A stretch of DNA of 64,000 bases. Origin: Balanoglossus misakiensis. Lineage: Eukaryota; Animalia; Hemichordata. The stretch lies in the NCBI GenBank assembly GCA_040954595.2, contig JBECUI020000044.1:24070-88069 (forward strand), given 5' to 3'. Shown piece by piece: positions 1-9,952 of the stretch (its first letter is position 1; each line of letters starts with the position of its first letter). Under the pieces are notes generated by a model, which worked only from the letters and a program-made list of their open reading frames with translations, made no database searches and had not been told where the DNA came from. Both the position numbers and the translations under genes were made by a program.

Positions 1-2613
1 GAGATTAACATTGCCATCACCGGCATTGCCGGTGCGACCGATGAGTTTTTAGCGCATGATGATGGTACAGGGATACGGGGCTTGTTCTCACTACAGGCAG
101 ATCAAGCCCTTGCTGACCAAACCATCGGTACTGTCGCCGGTCTGTCGCTTGTGTGGACGGCTACCACAAAGAGCCTGACCCTTTCCAAGACAGACGCCAC
201 TGCATTGACCGCCGCAGAGACAGGTCAAATCATGGATGCCCTGCGCTATCAAGACGGCACCAGCAATCAGGGCGATCAAGTGCAGTTTGCAGTGAGCACA
301 ACGGATGCGGCAGGCAATGCCACGACTACAACCGCCACGATAACAGTCAATAATCTAATACCCATAGTGACTGCCGCGACCTTTCCCAATACACCGATGA
401 AGGTGGGTGATACGGTCACCCTCACCCTCACCATAGATGCAAATAGTATAATGGCAGGTGAGACCTTAAGCTTGGTTTCCGGCAGCCATGTCAACGGCTT
501 TGCCCTAGAGGGCTTGCAAAAACTCAGCGATACCTCATATACGGCAGACTTCACCGTGACCGATGGCGGTATTGATAGGGCGGCAAACGAGGATATCCCC
601 CTTTCTGTACAGCTGCAAAATGAGGCAGGTACGCGAAGCACGGCATATACCACTGCGATTGCTCAGGCAAATGATGGCATTGATGCCAATATACCCAATG
701 CACCCACAGCACTGATGCTAGATGCCGCAGATGATACCGGCATTGCGGCAGACGACATCACCAGCCAAACCGATAATCTGACTATCACTGGCACGGCTGT
801 GGCAAATAGCACGGTGACCTTATACGACACGGACGGCGCAACAGTGCTTGCAACCGTCACGGCAGGGGCAGATGGTGCCTTTAGTGTTGATGTGACGCTT
901 AGCGGCGGGGAGCATACCATCACAGCGACAGCGACCGATGCGGCAGGCAATGAGAGTGCGCCAAGCACCCCGCTTGCGATAGCAATAGATACCACCGCAC
1001 CTCTCCTTGACCTAGATAGCGCATCTGCAGACACTGCCTATGCCGCTGATGTCGGCTCTGCTGCCCTACAAACAGGGGTTGCTATTAGCCATCAGGCGAG
1101 CATACGGGATGATGCCTATACATCCCCGCAGGCGACAGGGCGATTAACTGATGATGCCAACATTGCATTAAACGGTGCCAGTGGCGTTGATACTGTGGCC
1201 ATAGCAGGTAGGACCTATGCGGTAATGGCAGGCTTTTATGACAGCGGCGTGCAGATTGTTGATATCAGCGATCCGCACAATCTTGTGGCTGTTGGCAGCC
1301 TGTTTGATGATGACAGCACGGCATTAAGCAGGGCCCGTGATGTTAAGGTCGTGACCTTGGTCGATCCTGCTACCGGCATGATTAATTCCTATGCGGTGGC
1401 GGTAGGCTTTTGGGACGACGGCGCGCAGATTATTGATATCAGCGATCCGCACAATCCTGTGGCTGTTGGCAGCCTGTTTGATGATGACAGCAGGGCATTA
1501 GACGGTCCCACCGGCGTTGATATCGTCGTCATAGACGAGGGGATCTATGCGCTGGTGGCAAGCAAACTTGACGACGGCGTGCAGATTATTGATATCAGCG
1601 ACCCTGCCAATCCTGTGGCTGTAAGCAGCCTGTTTGATGATGACAGCAGGGCATTAGACGGTGCTTATGCCGTTAGGACTGCGGTCATAGGCAACAAGAC
1701 CTATGCGGTGGTGGCAAGCGAAACCGACGACAGCGTGCAGATTGTTGATATCAGTGATCCGCACAATCCTGTGGCTGTTGGCAGCCTGTTTGATGATGAC
1801 AGCAGGCTATTAAACAAGGCGCAAGATCTTGATATCGCGGTCATAAATGGCAGGACCTATGCGGTGGTGACAAGCTATAGTGACGACGGCGTGCAGATCA
1901 TTGATATCAGTGATCCGGCTAACCCTGTCGCGGTAAGCGCGTTTATGGATACCGCCGACAGGGCATTAAACATTACCCGTGATGTTGAGATCGTGACCCT
2001 CCCTGATGCCGCCGGCACCGTCAAGACCTATGCGGTGGTGACAAGCCAATATGACGACGGCGTGCAGATCATTGATATCAGCGACCCGGCTAATCCTATC
2101 GCAGTGGATGTCTTGCTTGATGATGCCGACAGGGAATTAAACGGTGCCCGCAGCGTTGCCTCTGCGGTCATCGCAGGCAAGCTCTATGTGGTGGCGACAA
2201 CTACTATCGACGACGGCATACAGTTGATACGCTTAAGTGATGATCACGGCATACAAGAGATTAATATTGCCATCACCGGCATTGCTGGTACCGGCAACGA
2301 GGCATTGGCGCATGATGATGGCACGCAGATACAAGGCTTATTCTCACTAGGGGCAGATCAAGGCTTGACTAATCAGACCATTGGTACTGTCGCCGGTCTG
2401 TCGCTTGTGTGGACAGCAGCTACAGATAGCTTGACCGTCTCTAAGACGGATGGCAGCGCATTAACAAGCGCACAGAGCAATATGATCGTAGATGCCCTAC
2501 GCTATCAAGACAGCTTGAGCAATCCCAATGAGCAAGTGCAGTTTGCAGTGAGCGCAACGGATGCGGCGGGCAATGTGTCTGACGCGGTCACCACAACGAT
2601 CACGGTTGCCAAT
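1..2613 (+). repeat. Duplicated ~350-bp intragenic module (1-354 and 2257-2613)
   Basis: Both copies encode EINIAITGIAG..LAHDDGT.I.GLFSL.ADQ...QTIGTVAGLSLVWTA...DALRYQD...QVQFAVS.TDAAGN and share identical DNA stretches such as ggtactgtcgccggtctgtcgcttgtgtggac. Confidence 0.9.
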
Positions 2614-2967
2614 ACCATTATCGTAGATGCAAGCAATATCGCCTCGCTGGCTGCTACGGATGCTACGGATATATTTGATTACGGTGCTGTAGTAATCGGT
2701 GATTCTATCATTGACGACTTTGCCGTAGGCGCAGGCGGCGACCGATTGGATCTGGCAGACCTATTAGACTACGATCCGAACACGGCAGGCAAGGATGATA
2801 TCCATGCCTTTTTGACAATTAATACATTGGGTGGCGCCGGCGGCGATGTCATACTCGCTATTGATGTCAATGGTGATGGTAGCGGTGCGGACTTTAGTAT
2901 TACCTTAAGCGGTATCGGTACTGTCGCTGGGCCCGACCTAAGAGACGATAACTTCATCCTTATATAA
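1..2967 (+). CDS. C-terminal part of a giant repetitive adhesin/surface protein (Ig-like domains, LVIVD-type beta-propeller, T1SS C-terminal target domain); 5' end lies outside the window
   Basis: Frame 1 is open from base 1 (EINIAITGIAG...). It has Ig-like motifs (TATATDAAGNESAPS), seven DDGVQIIDISDP repeats and a C-terminal DF...GDRLDLADLL...IDVNGDGSG...ITLSG segment typical of type I secretion targets. Confidence 0.85.
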   Translation, partial: EINIAITGIAGATDEFLAHDDGTGIRGLFSLQADQALADQTIGTVAGLSLVWTATTKSLTLSKTDATALTAAETGQIMDALRYQDGTSNQGDQVQFAVSTTDAAGNATTTTATITVNNLIPIVTAATFPNTPMKVGDTVTLTLTIDANSIMAGETLSLVSGSHVNGFALEGLQKLSDTSYTADFTVTDGGIDRAANEDIPLSVQLQNEAGTRSTAYTTAIAQANDGIDANIPNAPTALMLDAADDTGIAADDITSQTDNLTITGTAVANSTVTLYDTDGATVLATVTAGADGAFSVDVTLSGGEHTITATATDAAGNESAPSTPLAIAIDTTAPLLDLDSASADTAYAADVGSAALQTGVAISHQASIRDDAYTSPQATGRLTDDANIALNGASGVDTVAIAGRTYAVMAGFYDSGVQIVDISDPHNLVAVGSLFDDDSTALSRARDVKVVTLVDPATGMINSYAVAVGFWDDGAQIIDISDPHNPVAVGSLFDDDSRALDGPTGVDIVVIDEGIYALVASKLDDGVQIIDISDPANPVAVSSLFDDDSRALDGAYAVRTAVIGNKTYAVVASETDDSVQIVDISDPHNPVAVGSLFDDDSRLLNKAQDLDIAVINGRTYAVVTSYSDDGVQIIDISDPANPVAVSAFMDTADRALNITRDVEIVTLPDAAGTVKTYAVVTSQYDDGVQIIDISDPANPIAVDVLLDDADRELNGARSVASAVIAGKLYVVATTTIDDGIQLIRLSDDHGIQEINIAITGIAGTGNEALAHDDGTQIQGLFSLGADQGLTNQTIGTVAGLSLVWTAATDSLTVSKTDGSALTSAQSNMIVDALRYQDSLSNPNEQVQFAVSATDAAGNVSDAVTTTITVANTIIVDASNIASLAATDATDIFDYGAVVIGDSIIDDFAVGAGGDRLDLADLLDYDPNTAGKDDIHAFLTINTLGGAGGDVILAIDVNGDGSGADFSITLSGIGTVAGPDLRDDNFILI
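1120..2240 (+). repeat. Seven tandem ~156-175 bp LVIVD-like repeats (propeller blades)
   Basis: Recurrent gacgacggcgtgcagat(t/c)attgatatcag(c/t)ga(t/c)cc and gcagcctgtttgatgatgacagc. Confidence 0.92.
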
Positions 2968-3105
2968 GTGCATCGTCTATCACTAACACGCACATTGCCC
3001 TTGCCCTAAGGAACGCAGAATCAAAACGACTATTCTTTGACGGGTTTTGTGGGAAAACGATTATTTGTTATAGTAGTAGGTGTACAAATAAGATAAGGAT
3101 TGAGC

Positions 3106-3528
3106 ATGAATAGATTAAATATTGCAAGGACGTTGGTTGTGGTAGGTTTTCTTATTGGGCTTATGAGCTTATGGATGACATTTCGGCATATTGCCGACCC
3201 AACTTATTTGTTAATCCCGGAGTTTACGAAAGGAAGCACGCATGCTTGGTATCATGCTTTTCGGGAGGTTGTTGGAGATATCGCTGCTATGACGGTTATC
3301 CTGTTTGTTTTTTTTGGTAAGCCTATGGTTAGGAATGCTACGACTTGGTGGATTTGTTTGGTTTTGATGGTCGGTTATTACGCTCCGTTTTGGATTGGCA
3401 CACCTTTTGTTGCTGAGCTTGCCGCGCCGCATTTGAAGGCAGAGTTAGTTCATATTCTAATGGCGGCCTTCCCTGTTACGGGCTTGTTCTTCGCACGCAA
3501 AGACTTTTTTGTAGGCGAGCAGGCTTAG
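3106..3528 (+). CDS. Hypothetical integral membrane protein (about 4 TM helices)
   Basis: About 140-aa ORF with four hydrophobic segments and an upstream AAGGA. Confidence 0.7.
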   Translation: MNRLNIARTLVVVGFLIGLMSLWMTFRHIADPTYLLIPEFTKGSTHAWYHAFREVVGDIAAMTVILFVFFGKPMVRNATTWWICLVLMVGYYAPFWIGTPFVAELAAPHLKAELVHILMAAFPVTGLFFARKDFFVGEQA

Positions 3529-4277
3529 ACAAGAAGGGTATTTAATAGGGCGATGTCAACGACGGATTTGCCGTTATCATCGCCGCTTGCCTTGGTAAAG
3601 GCGAGGCCAGTGTCGCCTAGATGATTAACGACTAAGGATGCCCCTGCAAAGTCGTCGCCTTTTGTATAATTATGCGTTGTGATTACGGTACGTAATCCCG
3701 CACTAAGCGCTGCTAGGTTGCCATTTTCGGTGTCTTCAATGGCAATACATGTATGGGGTGATACACCAAGATGCGCGATGACATGTTGGTAAACGACGGG
3801 GGAAGGCTTTTTGTTTGGGACGATGTCGCTTGTTGCTATCGCGTCAAACAGTTGTTCAGGTTCGGTCTTGAAAATTTTGGCGAATAAGGTTTGAAGATTG
3901 GCGGTTGATGAGTTCGTGGCAATGGCAAGTTTCACCCCCTTTTCTTTGGCTTCGTTAATTAGCCTGATGACGCCGGGGCGAGCTTGAAGATCTTCGCTTT
4001 CTATTAGCGAACGGTAGCACTTTGATTTGTAACGATGTAATTTGAGAATAAACTTTTCGGGGTCTTTAATGCTACTTTTGAGAATCTTGTCTTCGCTTAA
4101 ACATTTTCTAAAACGCTCTTTGCCGCCGGAGATGGTTAATAGCTTGCGGTATTCTGCCTTTGACCAATGCCAGTTGAGATTGCATTTCGCAAAGCCAAAA
4201 TTAAACGCCTGACGATGCAATTCTTCAGTATCTGCTATGGTTCCATCTAAATCAAAGAGAATGCCTGTCAATTTCAT
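3525..4277 (-). CDS. HAD-IA family hydrolase, CbbY-like
   Basis: Motifs FDLDGTIADTEELHRQAFN, GGKER, KKPSP and IAIEDTENG. Confidence 0.85.
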   Translation of the reverse strand: MKLTGILFDLDGTIADTEELHRQAFNFGFAKCNLNWHWSKAEYRKLLTISGGKERFRKCLSEDKILKSSIKDPEKFILKLHRYKSKCYRSLIESEDLQARPGVIRLINEAKEKGVKLAIATNSSTANLQTLFAKIFKTEPEQLFDAIATSDIVPNKKPSPVVYQHVIAHLGVSPHTCIAIEDTENGNLAALSAGLRTVITTHNYTKGDDFAGASLVVNHLGDTGLAFTKASGDDNGKSVVDIALLNTLLV

Positions 4278-4448
4278 TGTGAGTACGGTGTTAGCGTTAA
4301 ATCAATCGGTCTTGTCATCGCTATCTTAAGGGAGTCAGCACAATAAATAGGGCCTTGTTCTTGACAATTGCACCGATAGAAAAGACAATTTTATACATCG
4401 TTGCCGATTTGAGTATTTATGTTTTAGAAATAAGAGTGATTATATAAT

Positions 4449-4525
4449 GGCTATGTAGCTCAGCAGGTTAGAGCACGGCACTCATAACGCCGGGGTCGGT
4501 AGTTCAAGTCTACCCATAGCCACCA
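4449..4525 (+). tRNA. tRNA-Met (CAT), elongator type
   Basis: GGCTATGTAGCTCAG...CTCATAA...GTTCAAGT...CATAGCCACCA; G1-C72 is paired and the sequence resembles E. coli metT. Confidence 0.93.
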
Positions 4526-4554
4526 TTTCTTACGCCATGCACAAAGACCCAGCA

Positions 4555-5286
4555 TTACAATAGCGCTTCTAACAGGGCGCCGACCCTTTTTAGCCCTACC
4601 TCTAAATGCACCTTGATTGTGTCTTCCGTGATAGGGGCTTTTGTTTTCCCCGCCGCCCAATTTACAACGACAGCGCAACAAGCATAGTCTATGGCTAGCT
4701 CTCTTGCCAGATAGGCCTCCGGCATCGCAGTCATACCGACAACGTCGCAACCGTCATTTTCCAATCTCACTATCTCTGCTGCCGTTTCCAGTCTCGGTCC
4801 TTGTGTCACTGCATAAACAGCGGCGGGGTGATGATCAATGTTACCTCTGAGCGCAGCGCCAATTAAGCGTTCGCGCAAACGGCTTGCAAAAGGATGTGTA
4901 AAATCAAAGTGCCGTAGCCCGCCTTTGGTATTCTCATAGAAGGAGGCTGCACGCCCTTGGGTGTAATCAATGAGCTGATCGGGTATTACCATACGGCTTG
5001 GTGCCATCTTTGATGTGATACCGCCTACCGTATTGATAGCGATGATGTTACTTGCTCCTAATTCTTTTAATGCCCATATATTGGCGCGGTAATTGATTTG
5101 GTGTGGGTAGAAAGTGCTTGGGTTACCATGCCTTGCCAGATATATTATATCGGTTTCTCCTATCTTGCCTCTTGCGATAGCAGCAGAAGGCTTGCCCCAT
5201 GGGGTGTCAACCTCAATCTCATCCGTGATCTCAAGGGAGGGTAATTGGGCTGACCCCGCACCACCGATAAGCGCTAATTTTGCCAT
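4555..5286 (-). CDS. S-methyl-5'-thioinosine/MTA phosphorylase
   Basis: Motifs TPWGKPS, LARHG, NYRANIWAL, GPRLETAAEI, VGMT and VVNWAAG. Confidence 0.9.
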   Translation of the reverse strand: MAKLALIGGAGSAQLPSLEITDEIEVDTPWGKPSAAIARGKIGETDIIYLARHGNPSTFYPHQINYRANIWALKELGASNIIAINTVGGITSKMAPSRMVIPDQLIDYTQGRAASFYENTKGGLRHFDFTHPFASRLRERLIGAALRGNIDHHPAAVYAVTQGPRLETAAEIVRLENDGCDVVGMTAMPEAYLARELAIDYACCAVVVNWAAGKTKAPITEDTIKVHLEVGLKRVGALLEALL

Positions 5287-5840
5287 TATAAGGTATAGAT
5301 ATGTGTTTGGTTGCGATGGTATTCGTGATAGTCCATGCCATACCCGAATACGTATTTATTCGGCGCGGTTAGACCGCAAAAATCAGCGTGCTTCATGACC
5401 CTATTGTCTAAGCGTTTTTCAATGAGAACAGCAGTCAATACGCTCTTTGCGCCCGCCTGATAACAATACTTGGTGATATCTGATAAGGTGACACCCTGAT
5501 CCAAAATATCATCTATCAATAATATCGTTCTCTCTTTTAGCGAGATGTCGGGCTTTTTTAACCATTGCAATTCGCCGCCGTCTGTTTTGCCACGATAACG
5601 TGTTGCATGAATATAATCTATCTGTAACGGAAAGTTTAATTGAGGAATGAGCCGTCCCGCAAATACAATTCCTCCCAACATAATCGGTATTACCAAAGGA
5701 TTAGTGTGATTTAGTTTATCCGTAATCGCGCTTGCCATTTGTACGATGGTATTTTCTATCTCATCTTTACTGTATAGTCGTTGCGCCCGCCTTAGTACAT
5801 CTTGGTAGTCTGCAGGTAGTAGGGGTCGTCCCTTACCCAT
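5286..5840 (-). CDS. hpt: Hypoxanthine-guanine phosphoribosyltransferase
   Basis: PRPP-binding motif ILLIDDILDQGVTL, plus HATRYRG and YVFGYGMDY. Confidence 0.9.
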   Translation of the reverse strand: MGKGRPLLPADYQDVLRRAQRLYSKDEIENTIVQMASAITDKLNHTNPLVIPIMLGGIVFAGRLIPQLNFPLQIDYIHATRYRGKTDGGELQWLKKPDISLKERTILLIDDILDQGVTLSDITKYCYQAGAKSVLTAVLIEKRLDNRVMKHADFCGLTAPNKYVFGYGMDYHEYHRNQTHIYTL

Positions 5841-6723
5841 CGCGCTTGGGCCTGTTTAATTTGTGTCGCCCAACCCAATCCCCTGCAAACTGCCGTGCAG
5901 AACGCCCACTGCGCGAGCCGCGCTCAAGCGCCCATCTGAGTGCCGCCTTTTTTGTCTTTTCCCTATCACCTGTCTTGTGGCCGCCTAATACGGTTAACCA
6001 ATATCCCACAATTTTAAGATATTGATCTTGGTTAAACGGATGAAAGGCAAGCCACACCCCAAAACGCTCAGAAAGCGAGAGCTTTTCTTCTACCGCTTCA
6101 TTAAAATGCAGCTCTCTACGTGGCACGCCCTTGCGAGGGTTGTTTTCATCTTGGTATTCGGGCAATAAATGACGGCGATTGGAGGTTGCGTAAATCAATA
6201 TATTGCTCGGCGTGCTGCCTAATGAGCCGTCAATCGCAGTCTTTATCGCCTTATAACCGGCATCGTTTTCTTCAAATGAAAGGTCATCGCAATACAGAAT
6301 GAAATGCCCTTTTTTATTCCTTAGTTGCGAAAAGATAAGGTCAATGTGTGTGAGGGTGTCTTTTGTCATCTCAATTAAGGACAAGCCCCTTTTTTGGTAC
6401 TCGTTTAGCAATGCCTTGATCAAAGACGATTTGCCAGTGCCTTTTGGCCCCCATAACAAGACGTTGTTAGACGGCAAACCCGCTAGGAATTGCTTTGTGT
6501 TTTGGATCACCCTCTCTTTTTGAGAATCAATACATTGTAGGTCTGTTAGTTTAATATCGGAAGTATGTGTGATTTTATGAAAAAAGAATCGCTGTCCGTA
6601 TTGTCTCCATTGATATCCTCCACCGCTTAAGCGAGATGTCGTTTTTGCAAGCGGCGGCATAAACGATTCCACCTTGTCAAGCAATGATTCCAGCCGCTTT
6701 AATATATTTTTTATTTTTGACAT
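5833..6723 (-). CDS. AAA+ ATPase, DUF815 family
   Basis: Motifs NNVLLWGPKGTGKSS, CDDLSFE, YATSNRRHL, EEKLSLSERFG and RSGRSARQF. Confidence 0.88.
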   Translation of the reverse strand: MSKIKNILKRLESLLDKVESFMPPLAKTTSRLSGGGYQWRQYGQRFFFHKITHTSDIKLTDLQCIDSQKERVIQNTKQFLAGLPSNNVLLWGPKGTGKSSLIKALLNEYQKRGLSLIEMTKDTLTHIDLIFSQLRNKKGHFILYCDDLSFEENDAGYKAIKTAIDGSLGSTPSNILIYATSNRRHLLPEYQDENNPRKGVPRRELHFNEAVEEKLSLSERFGVWLAFHPFNQDQYLKIVGYWLTVLGGHKTGDREKTKKAALRWALERGSRSGRSARQFAGDWVGRHKLNRPKRDG

Positions 6724-6809
6724 CGGGTATTGAAGCGTTTAACGTTTGGCGGTAAGCGTTGATTATACTGCAGGGAAAATACAATACAAACCTAAGGAGA
6801 AACCCGGCT

Positions 6810-7115
6810 ATGTTTTATGCCATTATGTGTCAAGATGTCAAAGAGAGTTTGGAGAAGAGAAAGCGCGTTAGAGGAGAACATATAGCACGTCTGCAGCGTC
6901 TGCAAGATGAAGGGCGTTTATTGGTCGCAGGACCCCATCCTATTGTTGATAGCAAGGAGGCGACCGCTGCCGGTTTTAGCGGCAGCTTGATTATCGCCGA
7001 ATTTGATTCTCTTGAAGAGGCGCAAATTTGGTCTGATGCGGACCCTTATATTAAAACAGGCGTGTATGATAAGGTCGTCGTTAAGCCCTTCAAAAAAACC
7101 CTTCCCAGTGCCTAG
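6810..7115 (+). CDS. yciI: YciI family protein
   Basis: Motifs [30 protein letters not shown] and ADPY; RBS AAGGAG. Confidence 0.9.
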   Translation: MFYAIMCQDVKESLEKRKRVRGEHIARLQRLQDEGRLLVAGPHPIVDSKEATAAGFSGSLIIAEFDSLEEAQIWSDADPYIKTGVYDKVVVKPFKKTLPSA

Positions 7116-7413
7116 AGAAAAACACAGGATTAAGGAGATACGCCAACGTCTTTGGCTAAGACTTAAACCCGATGAGATAGATATCATAGATGAGTCCCAT
7201 CTCCATATAGGGCATCATGGACACGGCGGCGCCGGGCATTTTAAGCTCTATATTGTTTCAAAGGCATTTGATAATCTTGCCGTCCTAGCAAGACACCGCA
7301 TAGTCTATGCCGCTTTAGAAGACATGATGCGCACGGAGATTCATGCCCTTTCTATAACGGCGATTGCAAGCAATGAGAGGCGTGATTTGCCTGATAATGC
7401 AAGCAGATCATAA
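7108..7413 (+). CDS. bolA: BolA family protein
   Basis: Motifs [24 protein letters not shown] and IHALSI; probable GTG start at 7108. Confidence 0.88.
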   Translation: MPREKHRIKEIRQRLWLRLKPDEIDIIDESHLHIGHHGHGGAGHFKLYIVSKAFDNLAVLARHRIVYAALEDMMRTEIHALSITAIASNERRDLPDNASRS

Positions 7414-7427
7414 AAAGGTGTGTTGTT

Positions 7428-8558
7428 ATGTCTGATACGCTTGCGCTCGCAAAGGCATTAGTAAACCGCAAATCAGTTACACCCCTAGATGCAGGCTGCC
7501 AAGCACTGATTGCTAAACGCTTGGAGAAGCTTAACTTTAAGGCAATGCCGCTGCGTTTTGGTGAGGTTGATAATTTATGGTTGACGCATGGCGATGGTAT
7601 GCCGCTGTTTGTCTTTGCAGGCCATACCGATGTCGTTTCCGCAGGCGCATTGTCGGATTGGGCGACGGCGCCTTTCTACGCAACGGTTAAAGACGGCTTT
7701 TTATATGGTCGTGGGGTGGCAGATATGAAGGGAGGCATTGCCGCGATGGTAACCGCCGCCGAACAATTTGTAACCGGCAATCCGCATCATAACGGCACAC
7801 TTGCGTTTCTGCTTACCAGTGATGAAGAAGGCCCTGCAGTTGATGGCACCTGCAAGGTTATAGATTATTTGAATGAACACCAGATTAAGATTACTTGGTG
7901 CGTCATAGGCGAGCCCTCCGCCCATAAACAAGTAGGCGATGTGATACGCATCGGGCGGCGCGGCTCACTAAACGGGCACTTGACGATACATGGAAAACAA
8001 GGACATGTCGCCTATCCCGAACATACCGATAACCCAATCCATAGGGCAAGCGCATTCCTAAAAGACATCACCGCAATTAAATGGGATAAAGGAGATGCGG
8101 ACTTTTCTCCAACCAGTTTTCAAATATCAAATATCAATGCAGGCATAGGAATGGAAAATGTTGTGCCTGCTACGCTTAATCTATCGTTTAATTTCCGCTT
8201 CTCACCTGCGGTTTCCCAAGCGGAATTACAAGATAAGGTGACCACGCTTTTACAAAAATATGACATTGCTTATGACCTCAAATGGCGCTTGTCCGGATTG
8301 CCGTTTCTTACCTCTTCGGGCAAGCTGCTTGAGGCAAGCCGTAAGGCAATTTTGTCTACCTGTGGCATAGATGTCCTTTGCTCAACAGATGGCGGGACCT
8401 CTGATGGACGATTTATCGCACCGACAGGCGCAGAGGTCATCGAGCTTGGGCTTGTTAATGATACTATTCATCAGGTTAACGAGCGTGTTAGGGTTGATGA
8501 TTTGGCGGTATTGTCTAATCTCTACCACAATATCATCAGCCAACTTTTTAAGCCCTAG
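7428..8558 (+). CDS. dapE: Succinyl-diaminopimelate desuccinylase
   Basis: Motifs [32 protein letters not shown] and GGTSDGRF. Confidence 0.95.
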   Translation: MSDTLALAKALVNRKSVTPLDAGCQALIAKRLEKLNFKAMPLRFGEVDNLWLTHGDGMPLFVFAGHTDVVSAGALSDWATAPFYATVKDGFLYGRGVADMKGGIAAMVTAAEQFVTGNPHHNGTLAFLLTSDEEGPAVDGTCKVIDYLNEHQIKITWCVIGEPSAHKQVGDVIRIGRRGSLNGHLTIHGKQGHVAYPEHTDNPIHRASAFLKDITAIKWDKGDADFSPTSFQISNINAGIGMENVVPATLNLSFNFRFSPAVSQAELQDKVTTLLQKYDIAYDLKWRLSGLPFLTSSGKLLEASRKAILSTCGIDVLCSTDGGTSDGRFIAPTGAEVIELGLVNDTIHQVNERVRVDDLAVLSNLYHNIISQLFKP

Positions 8559-8683
8559 CGCACTTTAACCTTAAGGACAAGGACGGTGTTTGTGTAAGGA
8601 CTACATTGCAAGTTGGTTTTTTGATACTATGCACCGTACTTGGTTTAATCAAACAATCTTATCATTTATTGAGAGGGGGTAAT

Positions 8684-9952
8684 ATGTTTACCAAAGACAT
8701 GACGGTAGCAGGGTTTGATGACGAACTCTTTGCTGCTATGGAGGCAGAACGTAGGCGACAAGAAGAACATATAGAATTAATCGCATCTGAGAATATGACC
8801 AGCCCCAGGGTGATGGAATGCCAACGCTCTGTTTTGACAAATAAATATGCTGAAGGTTACCCCGGCAAACGTTACTATGGCGGGTGTGAGCATGTTGATG
8901 TTGTTGAAGAGCTTGCCATTAACCGAGTTAAGACACTATTTGGCGCTGATTGGGCAAATGTTCAAGCACACTCAGGGTCACAAGCAAACGGTGCGGTCTA
9001 TCACGCCCTCTTGGAACCCGGCGATCACATTATGGGGATGAGTCTTGCGCATGGCGGACACTTGACCCATGGCGCTAATGTCAATATATCGGGCCGCATC
9101 TATACCGCTTTACAATATGGCTTAAATACGGATACAGGCGAGATAGATTATGACGAAGCAGAAAGACTAGCCTTACAGCATAAACCTAAACTTATCATCA
9201 CCGGTTTTTCTGCGTATTCCAGGATTGTTGATTGGCAGCGCTTTCGCGATATCGCCGATAAAGTAGGCGCCTTTATGATGGCCGATATTGCCCATGTCGC
9301 AGGGTTGGTCGCAACAGGAGAATACCCAAGCCCCGTGCAGATTGCCGATGTGACAACCACCACCACCCATAAGACCTTGCGCGGACCGCGTTCCGGGTTG
9401 ATTATGGGTAAGGCAAATGAGGAGATACAGAAAAAGGTTAATTTCACGGTATTTCCGTCCTATCAGGGAGGACCCTTGATGCATACTATTGCGGCAAAGG
9501 CAGTCGCACTTAAGGAGGCTATGACACCCGAGTTTAAGGTCTATATTCAGCACGTGAAAAAGAATGCCAAGGCCATGGCGGAAACCTTTATGGAACGTGG
9601 CTTGAAAATTGTTTCCGGCGGTACGGATAACCATCTTTTCTTAGTTGATATGGTTGATAAAGGACTTACGGGTAAAGCAGTAGATGCGGCATTGGGCCGC
9701 GCTAACATTACAGCCAATAAAAATGCTGTGCCAAATGACCCGCAATCTCCTTTTGTTACGAGCGGTATCCGCATCGGCACCCCTTCTATTACAACACGCG
9801 GCTTTGATGAGGCAGACTCAAAACAGGTTGCCCATTGGTGCTGCGACATCATGGATAACATTGAAAATGAATCTGTTATTGAGCGTGTTAAAAATGAGGT
9901 GCTTGCCCTTTGCAAGGCCAAGCCTTTGTATGAAGCTAATCAAGATTTGTAA
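8684..9952 (+). CDS. glyA: Serine hydroxymethyltransferase
   Basis: Motifs [21 protein letters not shown] and [10 protein letters not shown]. Confidence 0.97.
   Translation: MFTKDMTVAGFDDELFAAMEAERRRQEEHIELIASENMTSPRVMECQRSVLTNKYAEGYPGKRYYGGCEHVDVVEELAINRVKTLFGADWANVQAHSGSQANGAVYHALLEPGDHIMGMSLAHGGHLTHGANVNISGRIYTALQYGLNTDTGEIDYDEAERLALQHKPKLIITGFSAYSRIVDWQRFRDIADKVGAFMMADIAHVAGLVATGEYPSPVQIADVTTTTTHKTLRGPRSGLIMGKANEEIQKKVNFTVFPSYQGGPLMHTIAAKAVALKEAMTPEFKVYIQHVKKNAKAMAETFMERGLKIVSGGTDNHLFLVDMVDKGLTGKAVDAALGRANITANKNAVPNDPQSPFVTSGIRIGTPSITTRGFDEADSKQVAHWCCDIMDNIENESVIERVKNEVLALCKAKPLYEANQDL

Noticed and set aside
1120-2240. Regularly spaced near-identical repeats as a CRISPR array or DGR target
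   Set aside because: The repeats are in-frame coding units of 156-175 bp, the variation is not adenine-specific, and there is no cas or reverse transcriptase gene.
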